Source: Callorhinchus milii (Eukaryota). Taken from it: a DNA stretch of 64,000 nucleotides. The notes under the pieces are model-generated. The model was not told the origin of the DNA. It made no database searches and was given only the letters and a program-made list of their open reading frames with translations. Location: the NCBI RefSeq assembly GCF_018977255.1, contig NW_024704743.1, positions 38,132,001-38,196,000 of the forward strand, written 5' to 3'. The translations under genes and the position numbers were made by a program. Positions 63,576 through 64,000 of the stretch are shown here, piece after piece (the stretch's first letter is position 1; the number at the start of each line of letters is the position of its first letter).

Positions 63576-64000
63576 GTAAGAGTAAACGAGATGTACTTTA
63601 CTTTAATAAACGAGCAGGATTTATGGAGCCTCTTCCCCAACCCCTTTTTTGTGTGAGCTTCTGAAAATACAGTATCATGTTTCTAGTCTAGCTAACTTTT
63701 CAAACAAAATTAAGTTGGATTGATAACCAATTCAGCCTTTTTTAATTTGATAAATGTGTTCATAGTGATTGTGAAAGCTCTGGACTCGAGAGGAAAAATC
63801 TGTCTTTAATGAATGGTATCTCAGCTTACAACCTGAAATTAGAGTTTTGCTTTTTTAAAACTAAAATCCATTAATTGGCTTCTTCTATTTCCCATCAGAT
63901 ATTTCAGCTCTTCATCTCCCATTGCTTTATGGCTGCAATTGTGCTTCTTTAATGAAATGATGTGCAGTGCAATATCGTCGGCTAGTACACCTCTTGCAGA

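Overview
Eukaryotic (vertebrate) genomic DNA, AT-rich and repeat-dense. The repeat content (tRNA-headed SINEs with a Deu-SINE/L2-type 3' tail, abundant CR1 and L2 LINE fragments) points to a cartilaginous fish such as a chimaera or shark; this is an inference. The window appears to lie entirely inside the + strand TRIO gene (Rho-GEF). About 46 kb of presumed first intron is followed by four coding exons (46039-46113, 46978-47092, 58466-58658, 63063-63575). They splice in frame with canonical AG/GT sites and encode the Sec14/CRAL-TRIO domain and the first spectrin repeat. The canonical exon 1 is not in the window. Nearly all other ORFs in the track are spurious or derived from transposable elements. 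The most interesting observations are: (i) a candidate alternative first coding exon at 14864-14927 (MGTRPTQLLHSAAFSSDLFDF-G) with a consensus donor in the phase needed to join exon 2; (ii) a candidate 21-nt in-frame microexon at 40957-40977; (iii) an L2 LINE fragment carrying the same 3' stem-loop tail as the youngest SINE subfamily; (iv) an unclassified A-tailed retroposon family, one copy of which has a twin-priming-type 5' inversion; (v) a hAT-like non-autonomous element in short and expanded forms. No prokaryotic-type systems (CRISPR, operons) are present. Repeat boundaries are approximate.
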